IMG/VR virus record: IMGVR_UViG_3300044678_002996
Coordinates: 17,301 to 81,300 of that record
DNA from: a virus
Lineage: Duplodnaviria > Heunggongvirae > Uroviricota > Caudoviricetes
Length of the DNA: 64,000 bases
Direction: 5' to 3' (one strand)
Part shown: piece after piece, positions 63,427 to 64,000 of the stretch
Layout of the letters: each line of letters opens with the position of its first letter
Position numbering within the stretch: the stretch's first letter is position 1
The notes under the pieces: generated by a model
Seen by the model: only the letters and a program-made list of their open reading frames with translations
Told to the model about the DNA's origin: nothing
Database searches by the model: none
Translations under genes and position numbers: made by a program

Positions 63427-63980
63427 ACACTTGCGTAAATTTCTGAGCTGTTAGGGAATTGCAACAAAACCTTGTAATACCCGAGTTCAGTGATTGGTTT
63501 TGGCAAGTAAACGTGTGAAGGTTCTACTTGTGAGAAACCGTTTTTATTCAGGCATTTAGCAATGTCGTATTTATCCAAACGTTTTAGCAGGATGGGAGGG
63601 GCACCCTCCCCAAGAGTTTTACTTTCAATCGTGAAAGATCGGACCTCAATTTCTCTGGACATTTTAGCCCAGTCGGTGCCGACACGATTCTTATGGGCCG
63701 CGATAGCCTCTTCAGCGTCTGATGTTGTGCGGAAGTATCCACCAGTCCCGTCAAGATTATTGCGGGAACAACTTGTACGCTCTTCGCCACCTTTGCTTAA
63801 GTACCGAGTAATACCGTCTGGTTTCCTGTAGACTACGAAATGTCCTACACTATTTGCCTTTGTTTCATACCCACCTGAAACAGTTTTAGGCGGCGTGATC
63901 GCTCCAGCCTGAGAAAACTTTTCGACAATCTGTTGAAGCGATGGACACCCCCGCTCCCCAGATGAGTAATAAGCCCCCAT
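63408..63980 (-). CDS. hypothetical protein
   Basis: 190-aa ORF. Confidence 0.4.
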   Translation of the reverse strand: MGAYYSSGERGCPSLQQIVEKFSQAGAITPPKTVSGGYETKANSVGHFVVYRKPDGITRYLSKGGEERTSCSRNNLDGTGGYFRTTSDAEEAIAAHKNRVGTDWAKMSREIEVRSFTIESKTLGEGAPPILLKRLDKYDIAKCLNKNGFSQVEPSHVYLPKPITELGYYKVLLQFPNSSEIYASVWVVPV

Positions 63981-64000
63981 TAAGATTCGGGCAGCTTTTT

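Noticed and set aside
1-64000. Prophage or integrative element interpretation (integrase, attP at tRNA fragments)
   Set aside because: No integrase, excisionase or repressor genes are visible. The tRNA fragments are better explained as relics within a lytic-phage tRNA region. The genome end context is not available in this window.
1-64000. CRISPR arrays or rRNA genes
   Set aside because: There are no regularly spaced direct repeats, and no long highly conserved rRNA-like stretches. The repeated GCGGACAATTGT copies are kilobases apart and co-oriented within genes, so they are not a CRISPR array.

Overview
This window reads as a piece of a large tailed-phage genome: about 42-44% GC, densely packed, with most genes transcribed leftward (minus strand) and a few rightward islands. 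No rRNA, CRISPR array or integrase is visible.

What it contains:
- **tRNAs.** A minus-strand cluster near 1.1-3.8 kb plus scattered copies: clean Gly(UCC), Tyr(GUA), Gln(UUG) and Lys(UUU) genes, and several atypical tRNA-like genes.
- **Nucleotide metabolism.** A class I ribonucleotide reductase pair, and an NAD+ salvage set (NadV nicotinamide phosphoribosyltransferase, a PRPP-synthetase-like gene, a NADAR/YbiA-like gene, a P-loop kinase).
- **Mobile genes.** Free-standing LAGLIDADG and HNH homing endonucleases.
- **Transcription and stress.** A small sigma-70 region-2-like sigma factor and a small (p)ppGpp hydrolase-type HD protein.
- **RNA-related enzymes.** An RNA-ligase-like nucleotidyltransferase and an RlmN/Cfr-like radical SAM enzyme.
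- **Glycan/methylation cluster.** Glycosyltransferases (GT4, GT2) and several SAM methyltransferases.
- **Envelope and secreted proteins.** A BCS1-like AAA+ ATPase, an SPFH/band-7 protein, a type IV prepilin-like protein, a secreted trypsin-like protease, a papain-like C1 peptidase and a secreted CGPC thioredoxin-fold protein.

The most striking feature is a co-directional leftward cluster at about 39.3-43.2 kb encoding a complete ubiquitin-like conjugation toolkit:
- a MoaD/ThiS-like beta-grasp domain fused to an Ala-rich extension, followed by a strong terminator;
- an E2/UBC-like protein (HPxxxxGxVCL) with a C-terminal zinc ribbon;
- a JAB/JAMM peptidase (HxHx7Sx2D);
- a ThiF/MoeB E1-like enzyme;
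- two small ORFs, one ending in a C-terminal Gly.

Other notable signals:
- a roughly 12-18 nt motif (T-run + GCGGACAATTGT) found at least 10 times, always in the same orientation as minus-strand transcription, mostly inside genes and in frame as L-S-A-K/R;
- a GTGTAATATA motif upstream of three rightward genes, including both homing endonuclease genes;
- a roughly 450 nt GC-elevated non-coding block that may be a structured RNA;
- tRNA-like genes with long insertions, and one tRNA with an apparent 8-nt anticodon loop.

All calls rest on motif-level reading of the supplied translations and DNA; no database search was possible.
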